Below are positions 55,118 to 64,000 of a DNA stretch of 64,000 nt, piece after piece. How positions within the stretch are numbered: the stretch's first letter is position 1; each line of letters opens with the position of its first letter. Below the pieces are notes generated by a model. It made no database searches, was not told the DNA's origin, and saw only the letters and a program-made list of their open reading frames with translations. Position numbers and translations under genes: made by a program. Origin of the DNA: a virus. The stretch spans positions 3,651 through 67,650 of the IMG/VR virus record IMGVR_UViG_3300023184_000107; one strand, written 5' to 3'.

Positions 55118-57080
55118 TCAGCCATCAACACGAGCGCAAGTAATCACTAGACGTACGTATAACCGGCCTACCGACGATACAGGTAAAAACTTTGAAACTT
55201 GGGAAGAAACAGTAGTACGAGTCATTGACCATCAGCAGTGGTTGTGGGAACGTGCAGTAGGGCGTGACTTATTGGACACTGAGTACGCAGAACTCTATGA
55301 TCTTGAACAGCTAATGTTTGATCGTAAAGTATCCATGAGTGGTCGCTCACTATGGTTGGGTGGTACAACCGTGGCACAAAAACGCGAGGCGTCACAATTT
55401 AACTGTAGCTTTACACAAGTTGAAACAATTTATGATTGTGTAGATGTATTGTGGTTGTTGCTACAGGGTTGTGGAGTAGGATTTAAACCCATTGTAGGTA
55501 CTCTTAATGGATTTAGTAAGCCCATTAAGAACATTGAGGTTATTAGAAGTACTCGTACAGCCAAGGGTGGCAATGAGGATAATGTAGAGACTTGGAATCC
55601 AGAAACTAAAACTTGGACTATTAAGGTTGGAGATAGTGCAGAAGCATGGGCTAAGTCAATTGGTAAATTACTTGCTGGTAAATATCCTGCTAAAGAATTA
55701 ATATTAGACTTTAGCGAGTTACGTCCAGCTGGAGAAAGGTTAAAAGGATATGGTTGGATTAGTTCGGGCGATAGCGCAATTAGCACTGCTTATGTTGCTA
55801 TTGCCAATATACTTAACGGTAGGGCTGATAGTTTGCTCACTCGTATGGATATTCTTGATATTGTTAATCATCTTGGTACCATTCTTTCTAGTAGGCGCAG
55901 TGCTGAAATTGCTCTATTCGAATACGGTCAACCGGAGTGGGAAGAATTTGCAGTAGCTAAAAAAGACTGGTGGTTGCATAATAATAGTCAGCGCCAACAG
56001 TCAAATAATAGCCTAGTTTTTAAAGAGAAACCCATATATGCAGACCTCCGTAGAATTTTTGATCTCATGGCAGACGCAGGAGGAAGTGAACCAGGTTTTA
56101 TTAATGCGGTCGAAGCTACAAGACGTGCTCCTTGGTTCTCAGGGTGCAATCCATGTGTCGAAATATTGTTGGGAAACAAGTCCTTCTGTAACCTTACTGA
56201 AACTGACATTGGAAAGTTCAAAGGCAACACGGCAGGACTTCACGAAGCTATTAGACTTGCTGCTAGAGCCAACTACCGTCAAACCTGTGTAAATTTAAAA
56301 GATGGTATACTTCAGGAATCCTGGCATCTTAACAACTATTTCTTACGTCTTTGCGGTGTTGGCCTTACTGGTATTGCTAAGCGTCCTGATATGGGCGGTT
56401 ACGACTATGAGTACCTTAAGCGTACTGCTACTGGTGCTGCTATTGGTATGGCTGACGAGCTTGGGCTTCCTCGCCCTAAGAACGTTACTTGCGTCAAGCC
56501 GTCAGGTACTCTTTCCAAGATCATGGACACTACAGAGGGGATTCACAAACCACTAGGCAAGTACATTTTTAACAATGTACAGTTCAGCAAGTATGATCCT
56601 GTGGTAGACAAGCTGCGTGCAGCTAACTATACAGTTATCAATCACCCAACAGACGATAGTGGCGTGCTGGTAACCTTTCCTGTAAAATGGGATGATGTAC
56701 CGTTTGCCAAAGTTAAGGGTAAAGAGGTTAACATTGATAGTGCAATAGAGCAACTTGAAAAATATAAACTTATTCAGACAAGTTGGACACAACAAAATAC
56801 TTCAGTAACTATTAGTTATGACTTAACAGAAGTAGAAAGTATTATTCACTGGTTATTGAATAACTGGGATGTATATGTAGGTGTAAGCTTTTTATATCGC
56901 ACAGACCCTAGTATGACAGCTAAAGATCTAGGATATTTATATTTACCCCAAGAAGTAGTAGATGAAACTAGTTATAATAACTATGTTCAGATGCTGTTAC
57001 CCGTAGATTTAGATGGTACCAATAGTTTTGATGAAATTGTTGGAGATGATTGTACAACGGGCGCTTGCCCAATTAAATAA
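55104..57080 (+). CDS. nrdJ: class II (B12-dependent, monomeric-type) ribonucleotide reductase
   Basis: FNC, NPCVE, FCNL, TCVKPSGT, C-terminal CTTGACPIK. Confidence 0.9.
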   Translation: MDISNQPSTRAQVITRRTYNRPTDDTGKNFETWEETVVRVIDHQQWLWERAVGRDLLDTEYAELYDLEQLMFDRKVSMSGRSLWLGGTTVAQKREASQFNCSFTQVETIYDCVDVLWLLLQGCGVGFKPIVGTLNGFSKPIKNIEVIRSTRTAKGGNEDNVETWNPETKTWTIKVGDSAEAWAKSIGKLLAGKYPAKELILDFSELRPAGERLKGYGWISSGDSAISTAYVAIANILNGRADSLLTRMDILDIVNHLGTILSSRRSAEIALFEYGQPEWEEFAVAKKDWWLHNNSQRQQSNNSLVFKEKPIYADLRRIFDLMADAGGSEPGFINAVEATRRAPWFSGCNPCVEILLGNKSFCNLTETDIGKFKGNTAGLHEAIRLAARANYRQTCVNLKDGILQESWHLNNYFLRLCGVGLTGIAKRPDMGGYDYEYLKRTATGAAIGMADELGLPRPKNVTCVKPSGTLSKIMDTTEGIHKPLGKYIFNNVQFSKYDPVVDKLRAANYTVINHPTDDSGVLVTFPVKWDDVPFAKVKGKEVNIDSAIEQLEKYKLIQTSWTQQNTSVTISYDLTEVESIIHWLLNNWDVYVGVSFLYRTDPSMTAKDLGYLYLPQEVVDETSYNNYVQMLLPVDLDGTNSFDEIVGDDCTTGACPIK

Positions 57081-57081
57081 T

Positions 57082-57249
57082 ATGAACGAAAACCCCGCAC
57101 TTACCCTAGAACTAACACTAAGTGAAGTTAATACTATTATCGCTGGATTACAGGAATTACCAGCAAAAATATGTAACCCACTAACTGCTAAAATTACAGA
57201 GCAAGCACACGCACAACTGACAGTTGCACCTTTAAGCACCGCTGAGTAA
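57082..57249 (+). CDS. 55-aa hypothetical protein
   Basis: EVN.I..GL.ELP.K motif; followed by terminator. Confidence 0.6.
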   Translation: MNENPALTLELTLSEVNTIIAGLQELPAKICNPLTAKITEQAHAQLTVAPLSTAE

Positions 57250-57254
57250 TAAAT

Positions 57255-57292
57255 AAAAAACCCCACTTACATTGCTGTAAGTGGGGTTTTTT
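57255..57292. terminator. bidirectional terminator, left border of cassette
   Basis: A6-CCCCACTTACA-TTGC-TGTAAGTGGGG-T6. Confidence 0.85.
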
Positions 57293-57364
57293 GTTGCCTA
57301 AATATAACTACCTATTTATGATGGAGCCATTTGTAATCTTATTTTTATTGCAAAAACTTTTATA

Positions 57365-57393
57365 TTGACATTTACCCTCTATAGGGGTATAAT
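57365..57393 (+). promoter_or_regulatory. consensus promoter of fibre-like cassette
   Basis: TTGACA-17-TATAAT with TACCC-n7-GGGTA inverted repeat in the spacer. Confidence 0.8.
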
Positions 57394-57478
57394 ATACCCT
57401 ATGAACACAGAATAATAAATTTATGTGCTCAATAGCCCTAGCATTAAATGCTAGTTATTAACTCTAGAAAGGCAATTA

Positions 57479-58504
57479 ATGTGGTCAATACAAACGCCTT
57501 CTAGCGGTCTTACTAATAAATATACAATTCCAGTCGATGGGGTTGTAAGTATAGTAAAGCCAAAAGGAGTATGGGTTGAAGCTTATGTCAATGACGTAAA
57601 AGCTCAAGATTTTCAAATACCTGTAAAGGTAGGAGATGAAGTTTATTTTGACGTAAAAAATAAACTAGGCATGCCAGTTACTGTGGCATTAGAATATGCA
57701 GGCAACACAAATTTAATCGAAGTTGCTTCAACAGACGCTATGTATAGCGATATAAAGGAAGATGATATGACACCAAATGACGCAATTAATTTATTTGCTA
57801 ACCCTAATCAGGGTGGTAATATGGGTGGAACACTTGGAGGTGGTTTAGGAGCAGGTTTAGTGGGTGGACTGTTAGGAACAGCACTATTCGGACGTAATGG
57901 TCTAAATGGTGGACTAGGTAACGATGGTGGTGGTGTTACAGCTACAGGCTTAGCTGACATGAGTTTAATGCAAGCTATTGGAGCAGTAGATAAATCAGTA
58001 GCAGTAAATGCTGCCGCTTTTGAAGCATCACAAGCTACACAAAGCTTAGGCTTAACAACTCAATTTAACAATCAAACTGCAGCTTTGTCTAACCAGTTAA
58101 TGAATCTTAATACTGTTGTAATGCAAGGTAATGCAGCGCTTAACCAAAGCATCTTGGAAAATCGTTATGAACTATCTAGAGATGTTTCTAATGATGGTGA
58201 CAAGACTCGTGCTCTAATCACACAACAGTACGAAATTAACCTACAACGTCAATTGGCTGATGCAAATGCAGCAATCATTGAACTACGTGGTAATAATGGT
58301 TTACAAAGTGCTGCTGCTGGCATTACTCTTACTAATACCAATAACATCAATCAGATGCAACAACAATCTCAGCAACAAGCTCAGTATGCGCAATTGGCTA
58401 ATATGATCTATGGTTTAGGTCAAAACATTACAAATGGTGCAATCAATGTTGGTAGTGGAACACAAACAGCTAATCCAACAAATACGAACACTAGTATTCG
58501 TTAA
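57479..58504 (+). CDS. Gly-rich hydrophobic + coiled-coil, Q/N-rich protein of unknown function
   Basis: GGGLGAGLVGGLLG..LFG segment, DGDKTRALI heptads; second SD+ATG at 57767. Confidence 0.75.
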   Translation: MWSIQTPSSGLTNKYTIPVDGVVSIVKPKGVWVEAYVNDVKAQDFQIPVKVGDEVYFDVKNKLGMPVTVALEYAGNTNLIEVASTDAMYSDIKEDDMTPNDAINLFANPNQGGNMGGTLGGGLGAGLVGGLLGTALFGRNGLNGGLGNDGGGVTATGLADMSLMQAIGAVDKSVAVNAAAFEASQATQSLGLTTQFNNQTAALSNQLMNLNTVVMQGNAALNQSILENRYELSRDVSNDGDKTRALITQQYEINLQRQLADANAAIIELRGNNGLQSAAAGITLTNTNNINQMQQQSQQQAQYAQLANMIYGLGQNITNGAINVGSGTQTANPTNTNTSIR

Positions 58505-58511
58505 TTATTAA

Positions 58512-58545
58512 GCCCCTTGTAGTCATAAGCCACAAGGGGTTTTTA
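58512..58545 (+). terminator. internal terminator
   Basis: GCCCCTTGT...ACAAGGGGT + T run. Confidence 0.7.
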
Positions 58546-58557
58546 TAAGGAGTATTT

Positions 58558-59061
58558 ATGTTACAAATGCAGAGTATAGGTCCGCCTTTTGGATTACTTC
58601 AAAATCAATATCTACCTTTTGTACCCCCATATATTGACGATAGAGATCTAATTATTGACTACCGCTCTTCAGGGAGTGTTGGACCTGTTGGGCCAACAGG
58701 TCCAACAGGTCCAACAGGTCCAACAGGTCCAACAGGTCCAACAGGTCCAACAGGCCCAACAGGCCCAGCTGGTACAGTAGCTAATGTGCCTGTTTCGCTA
58801 ATTGATGCAGCCACTTATACACCTGCCGCTGATGAGTATTTTTTAGGGGTTATCTATAATGGGGCCGTTACAGTCACGTTACCGGCTAGTATTACTGGCA
58901 AGGTTTATGTTATCAAAGATAGTGTCGGCGATAGTAACGCGAATCCTATTACGATTTTAGCTGTTGGTTCTACTATTGACGATTTGACGTCCTATAGTCT
59001 TAATATAGATTGGTCTAGTGTAACGCTTGTTTATAACGGTATAGAGTGGAATGTTATATGA
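58558..59061 (+). CDS. collagen-like (GPT)n protein with C-terminal fibre-type domain
   Basis: GPV(GPT)8GPA at 58681-58770; TLP..GK.Y.IKD..G..NPITI..YNG..W; AAGGAG SD. Confidence 0.8.
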   Translation: MLQMQSIGPPFGLLQNQYLPFVPPYIDDRDLIIDYRSSGSVGPVGPTGPTGPTGPTGPTGPTGPTGPTGPAGTVANVPVSLIDAATYTPAADEYFLGVIYNGAVTVTLPASITGKVYVIKDSVGDSNANPITILAVGSTIDDLTSYSLNIDWSSVTLVYNGIEWNVI

Positions 59062-59609
59062 GTTATTCAGCACCCTTAACTTCAATAACAGACTTTGGTG
59101 TAATGAAAACTGGTACTGGATTAACTAGCACTAATGGGGTAGTTTCAGCTACTCTAGGTTTATTAAACTACGGATTTTTTACTAATGGTACACAAACTAA
59201 TCCAGTAGCAAACACTGCTAATATAGTTACTCTTGGTAACACAGGCCCTATCAACGGTATAAGTGTAGTAGGCGGTACCGATATTACTGTAGTTAATACC
59301 GGTACGTATACTGTAATGTATACTGTATTAGTGGGTAAAACCTCTGGCGGTACAGATACTATAAGTTTTTGGTTACGCTATAATGGCACAGATATAGCCT
59401 TATCTAGTCAAGACTTGCAACTTACTAATACTTTAGCACAAGTTTTTACTTCAGGTAACTTTACCTTAGATATGGCAGCAGGTAGCAATCTTCAACTATG
59501 TTGGTCGAGTGCAGATACAACTTCAGCTCTTACAGCTTTACCAGCAAGAATTACTCCAGTAAGGCCTACTGGTGCTAGTGCTAAAATAACATTAACAAGG
59601 ATTTCATAA
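59058..59609 (+). CDS. BclA-C/C1q-like beta-sandwich protein
   Basis: YGFF, GI, ITV.NTG.Y.V.Y, ITLTRIS pattern; ATGA coupling. Confidence 0.6.
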   Translation: MSYSAPLTSITDFGVMKTGTGLTSTNGVVSATLGLLNYGFFTNGTQTNPVANTANIVTLGNTGPINGISVVGGTDITVVNTGTYTVMYTVLVGKTSGGTDTISFWLRYNGTDIALSSQDLQLTNTLAQVFTSGNFTLDMAAGSNLQLCWSSADTTSALTALPARITPVRPTGASAKITLTRIS

Positions 59610-59911
59610 TGGCCCTTAGTTTAGACACAGTAATAGTAACCACATCTCCGTATACTATGGATAAGGATAAAGACCTATTTCTAGTAAATCGTACTGGCCC
59701 TTCTTCACTTATATTACCTGTTTTGAATAACAGTGATAAAGGCAAAAGTTTTTATATTAAAGACGCTTCAGGTACCTCAACAACTAACCCTATTACTATC
59801 ACCGCACCAAGTAATAAAACAATTAATGGGGTCTCTTTCGCTATGCTAAATGGAGCCTATAGTCACATACAAGTGGCTTATGATGGCACTAACTGGCTAA
59901 TTATAGCATAA
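59609..59911 (+). CDS. stand-alone fibre-type domain protein
   Basis: ILP..GKSFYIKD..G..NPITI..YDG..W, same domain as in 58558. Confidence 0.7.
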   Translation: MALSLDTVIVTTSPYTMDKDKDLFLVNRTGPSSLILPVLNNSDKGKSFYIKDASGTSTTNPITITAPSNKTINGVSFAMLNGAYSHIQVAYDGTNWLIIA

Positions 59912-59927
59912 CTTTAGGAAAAAATAA

Positions 59928-60473
59928 ATGGCATATAATACACCACTAGCCTCAACAACGCAATTTGGCGTTGTAGAAGTAGGCACAAATATAGACGTAG
60001 TAGCAGGGGTAATTGATTTACCCCAAAGTGTAGCGACTACAGCAAATCCGACGTTTGCAACGTTAACTAGTACTGGAGCAGTAACTGACACAGGCAATCG
60101 TGTGATCACTACTCTAACAGCTGGTACAAATATAACGATTACAGGCACCGCACCCTCTCTAACCATTAATGCTACTACAGCACCTAATGTACCAACTAGA
60201 CTAGTTGCGGCCACAGGCCCTATTTTAACTACGGACTACTACGTAGGGGTAATTGCTGTAGCACCCATCACGCTAACCTTACCAGCTGGTGTGGCGGGGG
60301 ATGAGTATGTGATTAAGTCTGAATTTGGAAATCTAGGCAATGTAACAATTGTAGGTAATACCGTAGCAGATACAGTTGAGGGGTTAGTTAGTCCTGCCGG
60401 ATTTGTACTAGCATTTGCAGCTAATGCAAGCGCCACAGTAATTTTCCGTGGAACAAACTGGAACGTAATTTAA
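59928..60473 (+). CDS. fibre-like protein
   Basis: N-term PLAS.T.FGV shared with 59058; C-term TLP..G..YVIK..F.G..W. Confidence 0.7.
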   Translation: MAYNTPLASTTQFGVVEVGTNIDVVAGVIDLPQSVATTANPTFATLTSTGAVTDTGNRVITTLTAGTNITITGTAPSLTINATTAPNVPTRLVAATGPILTTDYYVGVIAVAPITLTLPAGVAGDEYVIKSEFGNLGNVTIVGNTVADTVEGLVSPAGFVLAFAANASATVIFRGTNWNVI

Positions 60474-60507
60474 TAATATATAAAAAATAATAATCAGGGA
60501 AGTAGTC

Positions 60508-60765
60508 ATGCCAGTATACAGTTTATTAAAAAATCTAACTCCAGATGCGTTAGTACACTTAATAAAAAGCAATCCACTTATAGTTCAAGCAACACTATAT
60601 AAGTTCGATACTTATAGATTTTTTTCAGAAGCACTAACTGACCATCAGCAAACATTCGTCTCTAGTAACTTATATAAACTAGGTAAATTTTTTAAAACTA
60701 CTGAAGGTAAAGAAAGCATAAATACTTTTATAAATCATTTTATATCTTTTGCTACTAAAACATAA
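60508..60765 (+). CDS. hypothetical protein
   Basis: AGGGA SD; last gene of cassette. Confidence 0.55.
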   Translation: MPVYSLLKNLTPDALVHLIKSNPLIVQATLYKFDTYRFFSEALTDHQQTFVSSNLYKLGKFFKTTEGKESINTFINHFISFATKT

Positions 60766-60767
60766 AT

Positions 60768-60804
60768 AAAAAGCCCACTTACAGCAATGTAAGTGGGCTT
60801 TTTT
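60768..60804. terminator. bidirectional terminator, right border of cassette
   Basis: A5-GCCCACTTACA-GCAA-TGTAAGTGGGC-T6. Confidence 0.85.
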
Positions 60805-61114
60805 ATATAGCAGGTCCATTAAATATTTGTTGATTACCAGTACCAGATCCCAACACACAAGCTTTATCTTTATCAAACTGCACTATAGTCCAAGTTTTTG
60901 CTACCGGATTTGATAAGACAACAGTTTTACTTGTGTCCTCATCAGTACCTAGTCCTAACCATACAGGTAGCTCACCTGCTTGTTCAAATAATGCCTGAAA
61001 TACTAGTACTGTAGAACTGCAAGTAACTGGTTTCTGTAACTCAAATGACTGAGCTATGGCTGTGGGTACAAATACAAATACTGCAATAATATAGGTAATT
61101 ATTTTTATGTTCAT
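60803..61114 (-). CDS. secreted hypothetical protein
   Basis: Signal peptide; KPV.C, TWTIV, ACVLG.G. Confidence 0.7.
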   Translation of the reverse strand: MNIKIITYIIAVFVFVPTAIAQSFELQKPVTCSSTVLVFQALFEQAGELPVWLGLGTDEDTSKTVVLSNPVAKTWTIVQFDKDKACVLGSGTGNQQIFNGPAI

Positions 61115-61132
61115 GTTTAATCCAGTATTCAG

Positions 61133-61387
61133 TTACTTTTTTGACCTAGCATCACTAGAACCTACAGTTTCACGAGCAGCAGGTTTAACCGCAGGTGCAG
61201 GTATTGGGTCAGGAGCAGCTTTTATCTGTAAGCAAACTACTTTTAATTTTACGCCTAAATCTTGTTTACTTAAACTGGCTTGAGCTTGTTGACAGGTTTT
61301 CTCATCCTGAAAATAACCCATATGTTGTATATTAGGGGTTACTATTCCTACACTTATCAGTGCTAAAGTCCATACAAAATTTGACAT
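61133..61387 (-). CDS. small exported protein
   Basis: Hydrophobic N-terminus, F...C...C. Confidence 0.6.
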   Translation of the reverse strand: MSNFVWTLALISVGIVTPNIQHMGYFQDEKTCQQAQASLSKQDLGVKLKVVCLQIKAAPDPIPAPAVKPAARETVGSSDARSKK

Positions 61388-61455
61388 ATAATTAACTCTT
61401 AGTGTAGTTATCTGATAGTATTACCCCTTGTTTACACCCTCTATAAGTAGTTAAT

Positions 61456-61842
61456 CTATTTGTTGTGTAGGCCAAGATATAGCAGGGACATATAGGTCTC
61501 AATACTTTTATCTGGCTCTCTGGCTCGCATTATTTGATCACGTTTACCTGTACTCCAAGAAAACCCAGAGTCGCCACCCCATAAATCCCATGCAACTCTA
61601 CCTGGACTTGGAAACCCCTCTTCTCCACTACTAAAACCTGTTGCTTGTTTGTCTACTTCATGTCTAGAAAAGAAGGAATACATTCTTAAAACAACATCTT
61701 CACTTAGGGGTTCACGATCTTTTAATTGATTAGCTCTAGCTAATCCAACTAGTGTGCCTCCTGGTCTGCCCTCGTCTTTCCACTTTAGTGCACGACGTGC
61801 TGCACTAGCCATTCCATCAGTAGGTGTATAAGTATCTGCCAT
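61456..61842 (-). CDS. conserved phage domain of unknown function
   Basis: GGT.VG.ARA.QL, RM.SFF.RHE.DK, AW.LWGGD. Confidence 0.75.
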   Translation of the reverse strand: MADTYTPTDGMASAARRALKWKDEGRPGGTLVGLARANQLKDREPLSEDVVLRMYSFFSRHEVDKQATGFSSGEEGFPSPGRVAWDLWGGDSGFSWSTGKRDQIMRAREPDKSIETYMSLLYLGLHNK

Positions 61843-61844
61843 AA

Positions 61845-62600
61845 TTAATCCCTGTAAGCCATAATAATTTGTTTGCACATATTACTACGTACAATATCCT
61901 CATCTAAAAATTCCACAATTTCAATACCAGATATACCAGTTAAACGACCAACAGCGTCTGCTAGTCCACTATAATCAATATCTGTTTGTTCAGTATCGCC
62001 ACTAATAATCATTTTGCAGTTCTTGCCAATTCTGCTAAGCAACATTTTCATTTCGTCCTTAGTGCAGTTTTGGGCTTCATCCAGTAACACTATGCAATTG
62101 TCAAATGTGGTGCCTCTAAGAAAACCTAGTGGGGTAGGTTCAATATCCTTATTTTTTAAGGCATACTCATAGAAACCCCTGCCCAGTGCCTTTGAAAATA
62201 TAGCATCAAACGGCATTAAATAGGGAGCATATTTTTCGTCTAGTGTGCCTGGCAGGAAACCTAGTCCTCGTCCTGTCTCAATATTGGGTCTAGTTAGGAT
62301 TACCTTTGAGACCCTGCGGTGAAATAATTCAGAAGCAGCATAACTTGCTGCAATATACGTTTTTCCTGTTCCTGCGGATCCTATACCAAATATAATATCA
62401 TTATATCTGATAGCTTCTAGGTATTCGCCTTGAATAAAGTTTAAGGGTTCTACTTCTTTAAAGCTGTAGCTGTCTCTGTATCCATACGTATCTTGTTGTG
62501 GTACTCTAGCACTGTCTTTTACAGTTTGTGCGGTTTTATAACCGGCACGTTTAGCTGGAAAATTGCGTTCTTTTTTACCACTTCCTGAACTTCTTGCCAT
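61845..62600 (-). CDS. phoH: PhoH-like ATPase
   Basis: GSAGTGKT, GFLPG, RGTTF, DEAQN, GD..Q.D, DIVRS. Confidence 0.95.
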   Translation of the reverse strand: MARSSGSGKKERNFPAKRAGYKTAQTVKDSARVPQQDTYGYRDSYSFKEVEPLNFIQGEYLEAIRYNDIIFGIGSAGTGKTYIAASYAASELFHRRVSKVILTRPNIETGRGLGFLPGTLDEKYAPYLMPFDAIFSKALGRGFYEYALKNKDIEPTPLGFLRGTTFDNCIVLLDEAQNCTKDEMKMLLSRIGKNCKMIISGDTEQTDIDYSGLADAVGRLTGISGIEIVEFLDEDIVRSNMCKQIIMAYRD

Positions 62601-62635
62601 ATATTTGTATCCTGGTTGTTAAAGAAAAAATACTG

Positions 62636-62815
62636 TTATTTTTTCTTTTTATCTTGCTGGGGTACTTTAGTTCCTGTTAACTTTTTGTGTACCCTAACAG
62701 TTTTACATTTCTGCTTAGCGTCACATACTAGTTTAGTTTTAGGAACTTCTTTTGCTGGAACCGGGCTATACATTAATGGCAACATTATGCATAGTGCCCA
62801 AAGTAACATTTTCAT
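62636..62815 (-). CDS. 59-aa secreted basic peptide
   Basis: Hand-translated MKMLLWALCIMLPLMYSPVPAKEV...CKTVRVHKKL.GTKVP. Confidence 0.55.
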   Translation of the reverse strand: MKMLLWALCIMLPLMYSPVPAKEVPKTKLVCDAKQKCKTVRVHKKLTGTKVPQQDKKKK

Positions 62816-63114
62816 AGGGCTTCATCCTTTTGAACTGGCACTGTTTTAGTAAGTTTAGTTACAGTATGTGCTCCAATTAATTTTTCCTGTGTACGACCAA
62901 AAGCTGCAATACCTAGTACAGCACCCATAGCAACATGAAATAATCCTGCTCCTTGCAGGGTTAGTGGTTGCCATTGAGATAGAGGTTGCTTAGTCAGTGT
63001 TTGTAGCACACTCCATAATACTGGAAATATAACAAAATCTGTTATACAAGTCAACATATACATCCAGCCCATTGCTGGTCGCCATTTTGAATTTAACCAA
63101 TCTTCTTTATTCAT
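62812..63114 (-). CDS. holin-like membrane protein (3TM/GTA type)
   Basis: WRPAMGW, LG..A.GRT.EK. Confidence 0.75.
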   Translation of the reverse strand: MNKEDWLNSKWRPAMGWMYMLTCITDFVIFPVLWSVLQTLTKQPLSQWQPLTLQGAGLFHVAMGAVLGIAAFGRTQEKLIGAHTVTKLTKTVPVQKDEAL

Positions 63115-63118
63115 AGGA

Positions 63119-63610
63119 TCAAATTCCCTTATTTGTAATAATCCACCAGGTAATACCAATAACGGGTGATGCAATCATTAGTCCAGCAATTATATACAGC
63201 ACAGTCATCATCATCTCATACATGGCTTTACGATCAGCATACTTTTTTTCCTGTATGGCTTGCTCTGCCGCTATTCGCTCTTTGACCATTCTGGTACGCT
63301 CTGCCTGCATTTCTTCCCAAACTCTGGCATTACCACTCCATACCAGTAGATCTTTTAATTCTCGTTCATGTTCTCGTAAAGCCTTAGAAGCCATGGCAAT
63401 CTGTAGTGCCTGTGCACTGAGTTGTGCATCACTCTTACCAACACTGTCCATTCGCATTTTTGATGATGCAATATGTACAGCATCAGCAGATTGATAAAAT
63501 TGACTAAATTCCTTATACAGCCCATTAATGTCTTTGCCTAATTGCAGGGCAGACTTAATGCCTTTAACTGCACCTTGAGCAATTGCAAAAGCTGTGAAGG
63601 GATCAATCAT
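63119..63610 (-). CDS. coiled-coil protein with C-terminal TM
   Basis: MIDP.TA.A.A start; C-terminal hydrophobic helix. Confidence 0.7.
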   Translation of the reverse strand: MIDPFTAFAIAQGAVKGIKSALQLGKDINGLYKEFSQFYQSADAVHIASSKMRMDSVGKSDAQLSAQALQIAMASKALREHERELKDLLVWSGNARVWEEMQAERTRMVKERIAAEQAIQEKKYADRKAMYEMMMTVLYIIAGLMIASPVIGITWWIITNKGI

Positions 63611-64000
63611 TTTACAGCCTCAAATACCTTTTTTTGTTGCTGATACCACTCTTGCCAACCCTTTACTTGTTCTACTACTTGATAATAGGTTCCGTAGTTT
63701 TCAACAACGGTTGTAAGGAGCTCGCTTGCTTTAACCGGGGAGGTGTTTGAAGCAGCACTGCTGGGGCTTCCGGAAACTTCGCCAGTACTGGCACTGTTGT
63801 GGAGCATGATGCTAGCACTAGTAAGCCGGCAATCAGCATCAAGTTCTTGAGCAACGTATTTTGTAATGTACTGAATATCTGCATGAGTCTTTTCCCTAAT
63901 GACCTTAATCTTAGTTATGGTCTTTGTTACCACCTCAGTATTAACTGTCTGAGACTTTGCCTCAGCCAATACCAGCTTAGCTTCCATGTCTTTAACACGA
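63607..64000 (-). CDS. Rz-like inner-membrane spanin (5' end outside window)
   Basis: Coiled coil; C..T...I.LHN.A, TVV.NY..Y pattern; embedded lipoprotein frame. Confidence 0.6.
   Translation of the reverse strand, partial: RVKDMEAKLVLAEAKSQTVNTEVVTKTITKIKVIREKTHADIQYITKYVAQELDADCRLTSASIMLHNSASTGEVSGSPSSAASNTSPVKASELLTTVVENYGTYYQVVEQVKGWQEWYQQQKKVFEAVK
63675..63884 (-). CDS. Rz1-like outer-membrane lipoprotein spanin (embedded)
   Basis: Lipobox LASC, Pro-rich, nested in alternate frame. Confidence 0.6.
   Translation of the reverse strand: MQIFSTLQNTLLKNLMLIAGLLVLASCSTTVPVLAKFPEAPAVLLQTPPRLKQASSLQPLLKTTEPIIK

Noticed and set aside
45170-57080. Introns or inteins in polA, helicases or nrdJ
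   Set aside because: ORFs are continuous and of ordinary length with no splice motifs seen.
63607-63987. Frameshift in spanin region
   Set aside because: A nested lipoprotein frame is the usual embedded Rz/Rz1 arrangement.

Overview
A 64-kb segment of a lytic T5-like siphophage (Demerecviridae-type gene order). A freshwater betaproteobacterial host is likely but is only an inference. Layout: (1) 1-8650, late head/packaging genes on the minus strand: tail terminator, tail and head completion, a fused protease-major capsid gene, portal, nicking HNH, TerL, an inserted TPR-glycosyltransferase and TerS. (2) ~8700-14700, a pre-early/first-step-transfer-like region with a 12-unit DnaA-box array, eight copies of a modular palindrome cassette (four beside antisense sigma70-type promoters), duplicated A2-like genes and an injection-stop-like repeat cluster. 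(3) 14800-24200, early accessory genes (ThyX, GalE-like, metallophosphoesterase, SleB-like hydrolase). (4) 24200-36700, an RNA-rich island with 26 tRNAs covering all 20 amino acids, a circularly permuted tmRNA, a hammerhead ribozyme abutting tRNA-Tyr, several unexplained structured RNAs, UvsE, Dps and ClpP. (5) 36800-57250, the T5 replication block (D3, D2, split NAD ligase, D5, helicase, primase, PolA, D10-D15, dUTPase, NrdJ). (6) 57260-60800, a self-contained collagen/fibre-like cassette bounded by duplicated terminators. (7) PhoH, holin-like and spanin genes. The 12-mer GACCCTAAGCTG is strongly over-represented across the window. All calls were made by eye from motifs and synteny; no searches were run.
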